Shown here in pieces: positions 40,708 to 50,340 of a stretch of DNA of 64,000 bases; position 1 is the first letter of the stretch; each line of letters starts with the position of its first letter. This DNA comes from a virus: positions 83,917-147,916 of the IMG/VR virus record IMGVR_UViG_3300019886_000004. One strand, 5' to 3'. The notes under the pieces were generated by a model, which searched no databases, was not told where the DNA came from, and saw only the letters and a list, made by a program, of their open reading frames with translations. A program made the position numbers and the translations under genes.

Positions 40708-41148
40708 ATGAAAATTATGGAAATTACATTTGCAGACACAGTAATTATAAGGCAATTTGAAGGCTATATACCACATGTATATAAGGACCAAATTGGTGTA
40801 CTAACTTGTTGCTGGGGATTAACTGGACCTAGCTTAAGAGAAGGAACGACATTTACTCAAGACGAATGTACAGAGATGTTCATGAAAAGAATAAATGATT
40901 TTTCTTCTAAACTAAATAATCTCATAAAAACTCAAGTAACCAAAAATCAATACATTGCTCTTTTGAGTTTAGCGTTTAATATTGGAGAAGGCGCATTTGG
41001 ATCTAGTACTCTCCTTAAGAAGGTAAATGTAGATCCTAATGATAAAACTATCGAAGCACAATTTAAACTTTGGATTCATGCTGGTGGCAAAGTATTAGAT
41101 GATTTAGTTAAAAGACGTGCTCAAGAAGCTGCACTTTATTTTAGTTAA
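40708..41148 (+). CDS. Endolysin, GH24 lysozyme
   Basis: FEGY..YKD..GVLT.CWG.T, LAFNIG, LVKRRAQE. Confidence 0.9.
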   Translation: MKIMEITFADTVIIRQFEGYIPHVYKDQIGVLTCCWGLTGPSLREGTTFTQDECTEMFMKRINDFSSKLNNLIKTQVTKNQYIALLSLAFNIGEGAFGSSTLLKKVNVDPNDKTIEAQFKLWIHAGGKVLDDLVKRRAQEAALYFS

Positions 41149-41540
41149 TTCACTAGCCTATAAATGTGACTAACTTTGTTAATTGAATCCTGTAATAATA
41201 TTTGCAATCCAAGCTTATGTAGAATGTTTATAAGATTCTGAGCTTGTTCAGTGATTCTGAAATTAGCCTCATGCACACCATTCCATGTAGAATATTGGAA
41301 TGGTTTCGTTATAGTAAGACCTTTGTAAACAGTATTTCCAGATGTACTATACAACCATCCTAAATATTTGGTTGTATCGCTTCCAAATCTTATGGCATAT
41401 AACTTAGTATAGTCACAGTATACAATTTGAAACTTCTCTTTAGCCTCGCTTGCATAGGCTCCATAATCTGTTATAGTATCTTTCTTTTGTGAATATCCTT
41501 TCAAACCAACTAAAAGGAGTAATAAGATTAGTATTTTCAT
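41145..41540 (-). CDS. Secreted hypothetical protein
   Basis: Signal peptide ending GYS-Q. Confidence 0.55.
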   Translation of the reverse strand: MKILILLLLLVGLKGYSQKKDTITDYGAYASEAKEKFQIVYCDYTKLYAIRFGSDTTKYLGWLYSTSGNTVYKGLTITKPFQYSTWNGVHEANFRITEQAQNLINILHKLGLQILLQDSINKVSHIYRLVN

Positions 41541-41980
41541 TGTATGTAATGATTTGCTTTTCTGATTGAGTCTTTTGCTTTTCTATCATAGTGCTTATAA
41601 CTAACTATAACATGTATCATACTATCTGCTTGAGCTTGTGTCTTAAAGTTTAAACCTTTTGGACAGTATGGTGTGATAGTATATTTATTTATTCTTGTAG
41701 TATAGTTTTGTGTTTTAAAGCTATCTACTTTAATACCTACGTATCCTACTTCTGTGGTTTTAGTAGTAAAATTCCTACAGTAATCTTTAATTACATACCT
41801 GAAAGGAACAGCTAAACTATCTTTCTCAACTACAAACATATGATTTTTATCTGAAAAAAAGTTGTAAAAATTATGACTATAATAATGTTGTAAAACTTTA
41901 CCAGACGTGTCATGTTGATGTCTTTGAGCATTTATCTTAGTAAAACCAAGACATAATATAAAAAACAGTATATATTTCAT
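41537..41980 (-). CDS. Secreted hypothetical protein, probable paralogue of 41145-41540
   Basis: Signal peptide ending INA-Q; NFKTQAQA versus NFRITEQAQ. Confidence 0.55.
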   Translation of the reverse strand: MKYILFFILCLGFTKINAQRHQHDTSGKVLQHYYSHNFYNFFSDKNHMFVVEKDSLAVPFRYVIKDYCRNFTTKTTEVGYVGIKVDSFKTQNYTTRINKYTITPYCPKGLNFKTQAQADSMIHVIVSYKHYDRKAKDSIRKANHYIQ

Positions 41981-41996
41981 TTTCTTTATTTAAGTT

Positions 41997-42026
41997 AAAA
42001 AGAGACTCAATTAGAGTCTCTTTTTT
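41997..42026. terminator. Bidirectional intrinsic terminator
   Basis: AAAAAGAGACTC-aatta-GAGTCTCTTTTT. Confidence 0.75.
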
Positions 42027-42049
42027 GTTTTTTGATAGGAGGTGTCTAA

Positions 42050-42241
42050 TTACTTATTGAGAGCACCACCTTTCTTCATTTTCCCACCCTTGGCACCAGA
42101 GGGTTTCAAACTACGACCATCAGTGGGAGAGGTCTTAGGACCACCCTTTCCCACTCCTGCACCAGAAGGTTTCGCCGTTCCTGATTTTGGCTTCATGTTT
42201 GTTACATTACTGTCTGTAGTACTAACTGGTTGATTTTTCAT
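42050..42241 (-). CDS. Small basic Gly/Lys-rich protein
   Basis: MKNQPV..KPSGAG..KPSGAKGG; internal ATG chosen as the likely start. Confidence 0.45.
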   Translation of the reverse strand: MKNQPVSTTDSNVTNMKPKSGTAKPSGAGVGKGGPKTSPTDGRSLKPSGAKGGKMKKGGALNK

Positions 42242-42411
42242 CTTGTTCTTTTTTTGTTTTGTTATTAAATGATTAGTATATGGAATCTCCGAATTCAAAT
42301 TGTGCTCTCTTTCAAATAAACTTCTATCATGTGGTCTCATATCTTTCTTAAGTTTTTTTTCTGGAACCGGATAATCCATGTAATTATAAGTCCAATCTAA
42401 TGACATCATGA

Positions 42412-43425
42412 TTAATCCATTTCTGTAATATATGATTTATTTATTTTTGCAAATTTATCTAGCAACACCTGATGTTGATCATAATCACCACATTGTGGAG
42501 TTAAATAAAGAATGTAGGGTTGAAAGGAACCAGACATACAATGAAGATTACTTCTAATGGTCACTAGTTCGGACAGAAGATTACCATAGGTTCTAAAATT
42601 ATAACAGTACTTGTCACGTAGTGTTTTAGGTTCTGGGGGAGTGTATCTTTTTTCTGTAATAGATAACATTTCAGCCAACATATCACTATACTCAAACCGA
42701 CTTACATCTATAATGTATAATAGATTTTCCTTTGCTTTTCTGTCACTCAAATGTTCCCATAATTGCCACATTGTCTTTTCTCCAATCCATTTTTTATCTT
42801 CTGGAATAGCGATGTGTTCACTTAAAGAACTATAACTATTAAAAGTAAAAATACTACTTTTACCACAATACAACCAAGTTCCATCTGAGTGAAAATTTTT
42901 ACCTTGAAAGGTCCAGTGATACTTATATCTTTTGGGATCTCCTTTGTTATTTCCAATATTTTCACCTACATATGTAAAACCTAGTAAATTTAGTATGTCA
43001 ACATCACCGAATTCAAGACATCCTTTTCCTCTTTCACTACCATGGTCTTCTTTAGCTAAGAAGTCATAAATCCCTCTATCGATCCACATATATGGCCACT
43101 CTTTACATTCATCATAATTGTGCATTTTTTCCCGAATAGGATCTAACTCTTTTCTATGGTATGTACAACCACCATCTATGATAAAAGAAGTAAACTCATC
43201 TATACTAACACCAAAGTGCTCTTCTATAAGTTCGGTGTTTTTGTCCTTCTCAATCTGCTCGATAGATCCATAGTCATCATACTCACCAAAGATTGGTAGT
43301 GTTGCCGGTAGATAAGGTAGATATGTTTCATAATCTTTCCTCTTTTTAAGGGGTAGTAATACACATTTTTGTCCACTAGTGATACTTATATTACTTATAC
43401 TGCAATATACAGAAAAGCTTCCCAT
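42412..43425 (-). CDS. Hypothetical protein
   Basis: 337 aa ORF; MGSF..CSIS..GEYDDYG. Confidence 0.6.
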   Translation of the reverse strand: MGSFSVYCSISNISITSGQKCVLLPLKKRKDYETYLPYLPATLPIFGEYDDYGSIEQIEKDKNTELIEEHFGVSIDEFTSFIIDGGCTYHRKELDPIREKMHNYDECKEWPYMWIDRGIYDFLAKEDHGSERGKGCLEFGDVDILNLLGFTYVGENIGNNKGDPKRYKYHWTFQGKNFHSDGTWLYCGKSSIFTFNSYSSLSEHIAIPEDKKWIGEKTMWQLWEHLSDRKAKENLLYIIDVSRFEYSDMLAEMLSITEKRYTPPEPKTLRDKYCYNFRTYGNLLSELVTIRSNLHCMSGSFQPYILYLTPQCGDYDQHQVLLDKFAKINKSYITEMD

Positions 43426-44075
43426 TATATTATACTTTTATTTATGAAGAAATAAGTACCCACAGCAATAACTATACCCATAACTATGATCCAAATCAGA
43501 CGTAGTCTTGACGTGGACTTTTGTTCTGTATACTTGAGTATGTACTGATTAGTAGAGTCTCTAGACATCTGTAATTGATCTGTAAGACCTTTTATCTGAC
43601 TATCGTTGACTACTATCTTTGTTATTGTATCATGTATGTAAGCGTACTGTCTTAATAGAATAGATTTAGGTGGATGGTTCTTAATCCAATTGGCGCAGTT
43701 ACTACCGCTGTCGAGATTTAGCCAGAGTGTGTCAGTAGTTGGAAAAATAGGAATCGTACCGGAAAAAAAGCCTGGATCGATTTGATTGGGAGCATTATCC
43801 CATGGATGATAAAAATGGAGTCCGGAGATACTATCCCAATAAACAGGAGGATTTTCCCAGGCCGAACTAATTGTATCTATAGATCCCCATGTTGTATCGG
43901 ACTTGCTTTGTTTAATAGTTGTATCAATTTTCTGCGGATGTTTGACAGCCATCCAGTCTTGTAGTTTTCCAGAAAATTGATTATTCTTTGAATCCTTTTT
44001 ATCGATTCTCGGTACCGTGATACAGGACGATACGAGAACCATACTAAAAAGGGATAGAATCTTGAACTTGTTCAT
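43425..44075 (-). CDS. Lipoprotein with C-terminal TM helix (u-spanin-like topology)
   Basis: Lipobox LVSS-C and C-terminal LIWIIVMGIVIAVGTYFFI. Confidence 0.55.
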   Translation of the reverse strand: MNKFKILSLFSMVLVSSCITVPRIDKKDSKNNQFSGKLQDWMAVKHPQKIDTTIKQSKSDTTWGSIDTISSAWENPPVYWDSISGLHFYHPWDNAPNQIDPGFFSGTIPIFPTTDTLWLNLDSGSNCANWIKNHPPKSILLRQYAYIHDTITKIVVNDSQIKGLTDQLQMSRDSTNQYILKYTEQKSTSRLRLIWIIVMGIVIAVGTYFFINKSII

Positions 44076-44895
44076 TTTTTTTTTGTTTTATTTTTAAGCA
44101 GGCGTAATTACCAATATATTGATCTATTTCTACGTAGCTTTTTGACTTAAACTGATCTGCCAGTTTTATCACATGTTTGTCATTGTTTGGATCAAATTTA
44201 CCTTTCATTAGTTCAGAATAAGATTTGCCAGCATATTCTAATATCGAATTTATTGAAGGAGTACTTAGGGAGCCACTAACGTAAAGGTATTTTTCTTGTA
44301 TGTAAAAGTCAAGATCTTCATATGGTTTGTCAGTATATGCATTAAGTGGTAGATAAATTTTAATACCTTCCGGACTATATAAGGAAACTATTTCCATCTC
44401 CTGTATGGGATGTAGTTCATTTAGTTTCTTTCCGATTATGCTGTAAGATTGTTTGCTTAATCCAAGAATTTCAACAAATTCAACTCCATATTCTAACCAC
44501 AATTCTATGGCCTTCTTTACTCTATTAGTATTAAAGTCAATAGCTTTAGTTAATTTATCACAGCTAATCCATCCGCCTGGCAAACATCCATCTATAACTA
44601 CTTTTCGCTTATCATCATTTATAAATGATACAACTGTTGATATATCTCCTTTTTTTAGACTGGTTGTTGAATTTATTAATACTACTTTATCTCCTTCCTT
44701 TAAAGATTCATTTAGTGATGAAACAAACTCATAGCATTCTTCTCCAGCGCTCCATGTATCTAAGATGTTTTCAAGAATAACCCTTCTTTTATCTATAACT
44801 CTGTCTATTTTGTAAACAGCACCTTTTGATAAAAAACTTGCACCAGCAGTGTTTTTTATTCTTATTTTCCTATCTTTATCTGATGGTTTAAACAT
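44044..44895 (-). CDS. Hypothetical protein with SH3-like N-terminal repeats
   Basis: 283 aa; LKEGDKVVL-type segments. Confidence 0.5.
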   Translation of the reverse strand: MFKPSDKDRKIRIKNTAGASFLSKGAVYKIDRVIDKRRVILENILDTWSAGEECYEFVSSLNESLKEGDKVVLINSTTSLKKGDISTVVSFINDDKRKVVIDGCLPGGWISCDKLTKAIDFNTNRVKKAIELWLEYGVEFVEILGLSKQSYSIIGKKLNELHPIQEMEIVSLYSPEGIKIYLPLNAYTDKPYEDLDFYIQEKYLYVSGSLSTPSINSILEYAGKSYSELMKGKFDPNNDKHVIKLADQFKSKSYVEIDQYIGNYACLKIKQKKNEQVQDSIPF

Positions 44896-44897
44896 AT

Positions 44898-45320
44898 TTA
44901 TATAGAGTTTAAAAAATGAATATCCTCATTCGTTAGAAGAGGTAAATTTAAAGTTGAAATAGACCATTGATTAGTAAACTGTATAAGCTCAGATACCTCC
45001 AATTTAGTAAAATCTGATAATGACTTACAAACTGTTATATTTTCTCCTTCTATAGTGTGACTAAAACAGAGTCCGGCTTTTAATTTTAAAATAAGCTTAA
45101 TATCTTCAACTCCTTGTCCAGTGTGGTAGGCTATCTGTCTAAAACATGCATAAAGAAGTCGAAGTTGTCGTGAACTCTTGTATTGTTTTGATATATTGAA
45201 CTTAATAACTATATCTTCACCCTCTAATAAGTTATCAATCCATTCTTTTAGAATATGCTTGTTAAAATATTCAAGTTTTCCATTGGTTTTTTTACAATAT
45301 ATGTTGATTTGATTGCTCAT
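44898..45320 (-). CDS. NinB/Orf-like recombination protein
   Basis: SRQLRLLYA..QIAYHTG..SLSDFTKLEVSELI. Confidence 0.55.
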   Translation of the reverse strand: MSNQINIYCKKTNGKLEYFNKHILKEWIDNLLEGEDIVIKFNISKQYKSSRQLRLLYACFRQIAYHTGQGVEDIKLILKLKAGLCFSHTIEGENITVCKSLSDFTKLEVSELIQFTNQWSISTLNLPLLTNEDIHFLNSI

Positions 45321-45325
45321 AAGAG

Positions 45326-45357
45326 CAAATATAGTGATTTTTTAGCTATTTTCCAAA
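45326..45357 (-). promoter_or_regulatory. Bacteroidota sigma70-type promoter
   Basis: TTTG-N20-TATATTTG, with ATG after a 5-nt gap. Confidence 0.8.
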
Positions 45358-45468
45358 TTTATTTTAATAGAAAACGCTGCCTCCATCTACAGGACGAAAG
45401 CAGCGTTGTAAAGTTATAGGGCACGAGTTGAACGTGACCTGTCTAGAAGTTTTGGAAGCGACTAGACA

Positions 45469-45738
45469 CTAGGCAGAAGTTGCGGCTTCTCCTAATTTGC
45501 CTACTAATTCAGGAGGAATTTCTTCAGAGTTTTCTCTAGGTTGAATCGAGAGTTCATGAAGAATTTTCCTACCTTTCTCAGTTATTTCATACTTTAAATT
45601 ACCAATATTTGTTACTAATTTATAGGATGCTAATACATTCATAGATGTTCTTTGTATACCTACGTACTGATAGTTAGGACATTCATTACAAAAGTTTAGT
45701 AAGTATTTTTCTACTGTACTCAAATCGAAGTTTTCCAT
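45469..45738 (-). CDS. Small wHTH-like protein
   Basis: YEITEKGRKIL wing motif. Confidence 0.45.
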   Translation of the reverse strand: MENFDLSTVEKYLLNFCNECPNYQYVGIQRTSMNVLASYKLVTNIGNLKYEITEKGRKILHELSIQPRENSEEIPPELVGKLGEAATSA

Positions 45739-48328
45739 AGTCTTTCTCTTATTTCAGACAAACTCTGATCTTTTATGAGCTTTCCGTCCTTGAACACAAT
45801 CTCCAGCGCTCCTTGCTTTTCTTGATCCCAAGTTTGTTGATCATGTAAAATGTAAGTACCGTCTTTCTCTTCTACTCGAAGAAGTCCTTTTGCACTCTTT
45901 TTAGTTCCATCATCTGTTATTGGATCTTTATAGATTTCATGAGGAGTTTTCTTCGTAATAGTGATATCATCTTCGTGCTCTTCATCCTCAAGTATTTCTA
46001 CATACGTAGCTTTTAATGCCAACCCCAGTGAATCCCTCGTATTCATTTGATAGGTGAATGCTTAATTTAAGTATTCTAATTTTATAGGTAATATATTTTC
46101 TGTAAATAATTCTGTTGACCACCTAAAGAATGTTCTTTTATCTTTATATTTTTCTAATATTTCTTGTTCTTTTTTGAAACAATTATATAAGGTATCTTCC
46201 ACACTCCATAAGATGTCAATAGATTTTATAAATCCATTTGACTTTGATTTTATACCGGCTATTCTTTTCTTTAGAGAACTTGCTATGCCAATTTTATATA
46301 ACCTTCCGTTGTTTATGGAAAGATAATATAAATTCACTAATTTATATTTTAATTTCGGTTTATTTTGAAATAAGCTTTCACAATATCCTCCAATTAAAAT
46401 ATTTTTCTTTATTAGATCCTTAATTCTACATTTAAAACAGCCTTGTCCTGCTAAATGTTTTTGAGCGGATTTTACAAATTCACCATGTTCACTACAAATA
46501 ATTCTAATCTTAGATTTTCTATTTTTATAATCTTCACATATGTATTCATATTTATTATTATGAATAATATTTGCCTTTTCTAAAAAGTTTTGAAAATCTT
46601 TGGTTTTAGACTTATTTTTGCTTTCTAATCCGCATTTTTTACATCCTGTTTTACATTGCCGTAAAATGAGATTTCGTGGTGACTGCTCAAATTCTCCATG
46701 TATTGGACAAAACACTTTTATTTTATTCCCCGTAATACCCGACCAATTAGAAAAATCAAATGTGAACTTATTACCATATTTTTCGTAAATTTTCTCTAGA
46801 TATTGCTCTACTGATTTACGACTACTATAATACTTCAAATTTTGGACTATATCATTACCTTCAGCATTATCTGTTAAGGTAGGCACCGCTTCGGAAATTT
46901 CTTTCCTACTCTCTTTCGAGATAGTCTCTGAACGTTCAAGGATATTTCTATCCAAGCTTCGCTGCTGATTTTCTATTTTTATATCTTGCATGATATAAGA
47001 TAAGTAAAAAATCCAAAAATACCAAATTTATTTTTGATAATTTTAGAACTTTTACCTATCAATAGGGTTCCAGCAATTCAATGCCTTTTTTCAATATAGA
47101 TTTCTCTATAAGGGGGCCATTATGTTAACCCTACACCAAATACTATATTAGAAGACGCAAAGCCCTTAGATTTAAGTCTTTCTAAGATTTCCCTCGCTCT
47201 CTCTAAAGTGATAGAATCACCATAAATAGCTCCAATGTGTGGATCAAGGACCTTATATCCCTTCTCGTTAGTGGTTCCACCAAAAACATCCCAGAGAAGT
47301 TCTATAACACCTTTTCCTATTGAACTTAATTTTTCAAAATCTTCTTCGCCAAAATTTAATACAATTTTTTCTCCTGTTCCACAAATAATATCTATAGGAT
47401 CACCTGAGTCAGGACGAATTACTACCTTACCATCTCGTGCAAGAATTACATCTTTTAGTTCAGTTAAATACTCAGTGCAAACCTTCCAAAGGTCCCATGT
47501 GTCAGATACAATTGAAATGATACCTGACGGGAAGACATTTTGAATTAAGTCTTTAAAGCTTTCTAATTCACCCATTTCAGCAGCATTTACACACATAATA
47601 CTGTGTTCTGTAGCTGGTACAGACGTCCCAACTAGTTCTTTCTTGATATCTGCATCATAATACTCTTGTAAAAATAATATGGCAGGTATAGTATCTGTAC
47701 CAACAAAACTTAATAAATGGCCAGCACCCGATGTCATAGATGTTTCTACTGAAGAATAACCTCGTTGGGCAAAATCATGTGCTTGAAATTGTATAAATCC
47801 TTTATCAGCACCTGTCATTTCAGCAAAATTATTTAGTAATTTTCTGTACTCAAGAGCTATAGTAGCTGTTGTGCACGGACTCCAAATAACATTACTTAAA
47901 CAAGTCTCAAGGAAATTTACCAACCATCCAAATCGTGGTTCAGTATTCTTAATAGTTAAGCAGGGAACTCTCATAGGAACTAAACTACCTTCGGGAAGAG
48001 CTTTAATTTCGAGTGGTAAATGACCTAAGTCATGCAAGTCCTTTATGTGCTTTATTTCTACTTCTTTAGTACCTAATGTTAAGGTGATGAAATGTGCGTA
48101 ATTAACTATAACCTCTTCTATGGGCTTTTTAAAGAATAACTCGTCCCATTGGTTGATCAAATATTCTTTGATAAAATATTGTAATCCAAAAAATACCATT
48201 TTCTCTACACCAGGTATTCTACTTTTACGTGGAGTTAAGTTTGAATATAGTAAGGTCATATTCGGAGAGTACATTAGATGGTGCGATTGTTTATAAAAGT
48301 CGCTATTAAGCAGTGGATTTATTCTCAT
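45720..48328 (-). CDS. nadV: Nicotinamide phosphoribosyltransferase-like enzyme (NAMPT/Namat), spliced join(48328-47128, 46060-45720), 513 aa
   Basis: DFYKQSH, HDFAQRG, VPATEHS, VSDTWD, IRPDSGDP, IYGDSIT; splicing restores NIVFGVGSFTYQMNTRDSLGLALKAT. Confidence 0.9.
46062..46991 (-). CDS. Intron-encoded homing endonuclease (two Zn-finger repeats plus a GIY-YIG-like domain)
   Basis: CPIHGEF..GCKKC, CSEHGEF..GCFKC, LYYL..LYKIGI..RI..E. Confidence 0.75.
   Translation of the reverse strand: MQDIKIENQQRSLDRNILERSETISKESRKEISEAVPTLTDNAEGNDIVQNLKYYSSRKSVEQYLEKIYEKYGNKFTFDFSNWSGITGNKIKVFCPIHGEFEQSPRNLILRQCKTGCKKCGLESKNKSKTKDFQNFLEKANIIHNNKYEYICEDYKNRKSKIRIICSEHGEFVKSAQKHLAGQGCFKCRIKDLIKKNILIGGYCESLFQNKPKLKYKLVNLYYLSINNGRLYKIGIASSLKKRIAGIKSKSNGFIKSIDILWSVEDTLYNCFKKEQEILEKYKDKRTFFRWSTELFTENILPIKLEYLN
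46995..47026 (-). promoter_or_regulatory. Intron-internal promoter for the endonuclease
   Basis: TTTG-N20-TATCTTAT, with ATG 46991 after a 3-nt gap. Confidence 0.6.
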
Positions 48329-48329
48329 T

Positions 48330-48737
48330 TTAATTTAAGTTGAGTAAATTATTTTTAACTAAGTAAACAAGTAAAGAAAGTTCATTGAATTGTTGTGTTA
48401 AACCTGAGCGATCATCTAGAATGTAATTATAGAAAGGTTTTCTGGTTTGCCATTGAAGAGGAATGTCATCAACATTAACGCCGTAACAAGGTATTTTATT
48501 AAGTCTACAGTAATCTTTAACATATTCATGATCTTCATATGCTGTCCAACAGTAGATTATACAATTCATCTCATCGAGATCTTGTAATAGCTTAATAACC
48601 TGAAAATAAGTTTCACCTTTATTATGATAGTCATGAACTGTACCGTCAAAGTCAAATCCTATGACAAGGTTTTTGTGTTTTTTGTACTCACCAAGCATTC
48701 TTATAAAAGAAGTGTTTGATTTGAGAAATTCATCCAT
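48330..48737 (-). CDS. HAD-superfamily hydrolase-like protein
   Basis: GFDFDGTV, CWTA, RKP...ILDDRSG. Confidence 0.7.
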   Translation of the reverse strand: MDEFLKSNTSFIRMLGEYKKHKNLVIGFDFDGTVHDYHNKGETYFQVIKLLQDLDEMNCIIYCWTAYEDHEYVKDYCRLNKIPCYGVNVDDIPLQWQTRKPFYNYILDDRSGLTQQFNELSLLVYLVKNNLLNLN

Positions 48738-49525
48738 TAGGATATATTTATAAGTTTAACAATGTTAGATTCACCAACAAAGGGATAACTATTAGAAACT
48801 ATGATCTTTTCAAATACCTCTTCAAGTAGTGGGAATCCTTTCGAAAATATACCGTGTGAGACAATAAGTGTTAGATATTTTGGTTGTATTTGGTTAGCTA
48901 TTTGTAAAAAAGTTCCTCCTCCATCACATAGGTCATCAATTATTACACAATTTCTATTAAGACAAAATTGAGGTGTTAAGACTTTCAATTTTATACTTCC
49001 ATCGTTGAGATCTCTGCTTTTAATACATTGGACAGTGTTAATTATATTTTTGTTCCACTCTAAGTATCTATCAGCTTTTTTAGCTGCACCGGCATCTGGA
49101 ATTATTAAAACAGAATTCTCTCTCTTATACTCCCGTACTAATTTCTCATTTGACATATTATGAGAGTTTTCTATTAGTGCCGTAGACACATCAGAATGTA
49201 CATCAAATAATATAACATGGTCATACTTCAAAGAGTTTATAATTTTTGCGATCACTTTTAGATCAAAACTATCTCCCTCTTGCATAACTCTATCAAATCG
49301 GGCTCCCATTAGGTATGGTATGAATAGTTTTTTAGTTTTAACGCTTTTACTATTTAAACAATCTGTGATCATGCATAGTTCAAGTAACTTCTGACTATCT
49401 GTTATTGAGCAAATTACAAAGGCTTCCTTGGAAATAATTTCTGCCTCTACATTAATGTGTGGTTGGTTATCTGGATAAAGAAAGGACTTGTATCCCAATT
49501 TATCATTCATATTAATTACATACAT
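48737..49525 (-). CDS. prs: Ribose-phosphate pyrophosphokinase-like enzyme (Prs/Adps)
   Basis: PYLMGARFDR, DVHS, PDAGA, IIDDLCDGGGTF, VSHGIFSKG. Confidence 0.85.
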   Translation of the reverse strand: MYVINMNDKLGYKSFLYPDNQPHINVEAEIISKEAFVICSITDSQKLLELCMITDCLNSKSVKTKKLFIPYLMGARFDRVMQEGDSFDLKVIAKIINSLKYDHVILFDVHSDVSTALIENSHNMSNEKLVREYKRENSVLIIPDAGAAKKADRYLEWNKNIINTVQCIKSRDLNDGSIKLKVLTPQFCLNRNCVIIDDLCDGGGTFLQIANQIQPKYLTLIVSHGIFSKGFPLLEEVFEKIIVSNSYPFVGESNIVKLINIS

Positions 49526-49526
49526 A

Positions 49527-50003
49527 CTAAAAGGTTTCTGGATAATAAATAATTAATTTAATTTTTGTGCATTCTTCCTGTAAAATCTTCTTGATAATTT
49601 TAGAATCTCCACGTGCAAGCCCACAACCTATAAGACCAGGTACTCCAACTTTTTCATTTGGAAATAACTTATTTATTTTGCGAAAACACAAGCGAAAAGC
49701 ATCATAATCAAGTGGTATACCATAGGGTCCGTGATTGTACCAATGATACTGACAATAAGCGTTTACTACCCATATGTTTTTAACTTTTGTATTCACAAGC
49801 TTAAAGTCAATTTGTCCTAGTTTATTGTAGTCAGCTTCTTCTTCCTCCTTTTCAAGTGGAAATTTATCAGTTCCAAAAGCTTTTACCATTTCTAATGCAA
49901 TACCTTTTTTTTGTGTACAAAAGCAGTTACAAGACTGAACAATAGCATTCAAGTCACCGTTTAATGCTGCTCTTATCACATCTCCCACTACTTCATTTAC
50001 CAT
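49527..50003 (-). CDS. Macro domain protein
   Basis: GD.., QSCNCF..KGIA, VNAYCQ, IGCGLARGD. Confidence 0.8.
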   Translation of the reverse strand: MVNEVVGDVIRAALNGDLNAIVQSCNCFCTQKKGIALEMVKAFGTDKFPLEKEEEEADYNKLGQIDFKLVNTKVKNIWVVNAYCQYHWYNHGPYGIPLDYDAFRLCFRKINKLFPNEKVGVPGLIGCGLARGDSKIIKKILQEECTKIKLIIYYPETF

Positions 50004-50340
50004 AGTGTTTATATTTTACAAATCCTAAACTCAACTTCCAAACTTTACTATAGGTTACTAAATTATGAAAAAATAAATCTGGTCTAAATAAAAATAACCA
50101 TTGACCAATAGCGAAGATATGAGAAGTTGACCAAAATTTACATCTCCCACAAAGTTTAATATTTAAGCGATAGTGAGCACCACCTTCTACTGGATCCCTA
50201 TGAATGGGAAGCTGTTGGTTTGGTTCATATCTTAATAAATATCCATCAAAACCCCAATATAAGAATCTAAAGTATAGAAAGCAAAACCTCTCATATTGTG
50301 TAGTATTTTGTCTACCTTTTACCCATTTAAAAAGTTTCAT
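49993..50340 (-). CDS. 2OG-Fe(II) oxygenase/cupin-like protein
   Basis: LRY..PIHRDP..HYRLNI..FRPD..H. Confidence 0.6.
   Translation of the reverse strand: MKLFKWVKGRQNTTQYERFCFLYFRFLYWGFDGYLLRYEPNQQLPIHRDPVEGGAHYRLNIKLCGRCKFWSTSHIFAIGQWLFLFRPDLFFHNLVTYSKVWKLSLGFVKYKHYGK

Larger units (their letters stand above)
46061..47127 (-). mobile_element. Group I intron (IA2-like) in the NAMPT-like gene
   Basis: Exon ends GGGU pairing with IGS GCCC; P2 TATAGA-GAAA-TCTATA; P AATTGCTGGAA, Q AATCAGCAGCG, R TTCAGAGACTA, S ATGATATAGTCC; P7.1/P7.2 GAAA hairpins; terminal G at 46061; P10 AATG/CATT. Confidence 0.92.

Noticed and set aside
45400-45540. Possible tmRNA (ORF ending EAATSA followed by a T-loop hairpin)
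   Set aside because: No alanyl acceptor stem with a G-U pair, no CCA end and no matching 5' segment found
45720-46046. Stand-alone 108-aa gene, with 47120-48328 as a truncated pseudogene
   Set aside because: These are the two exons of one intron-split gene
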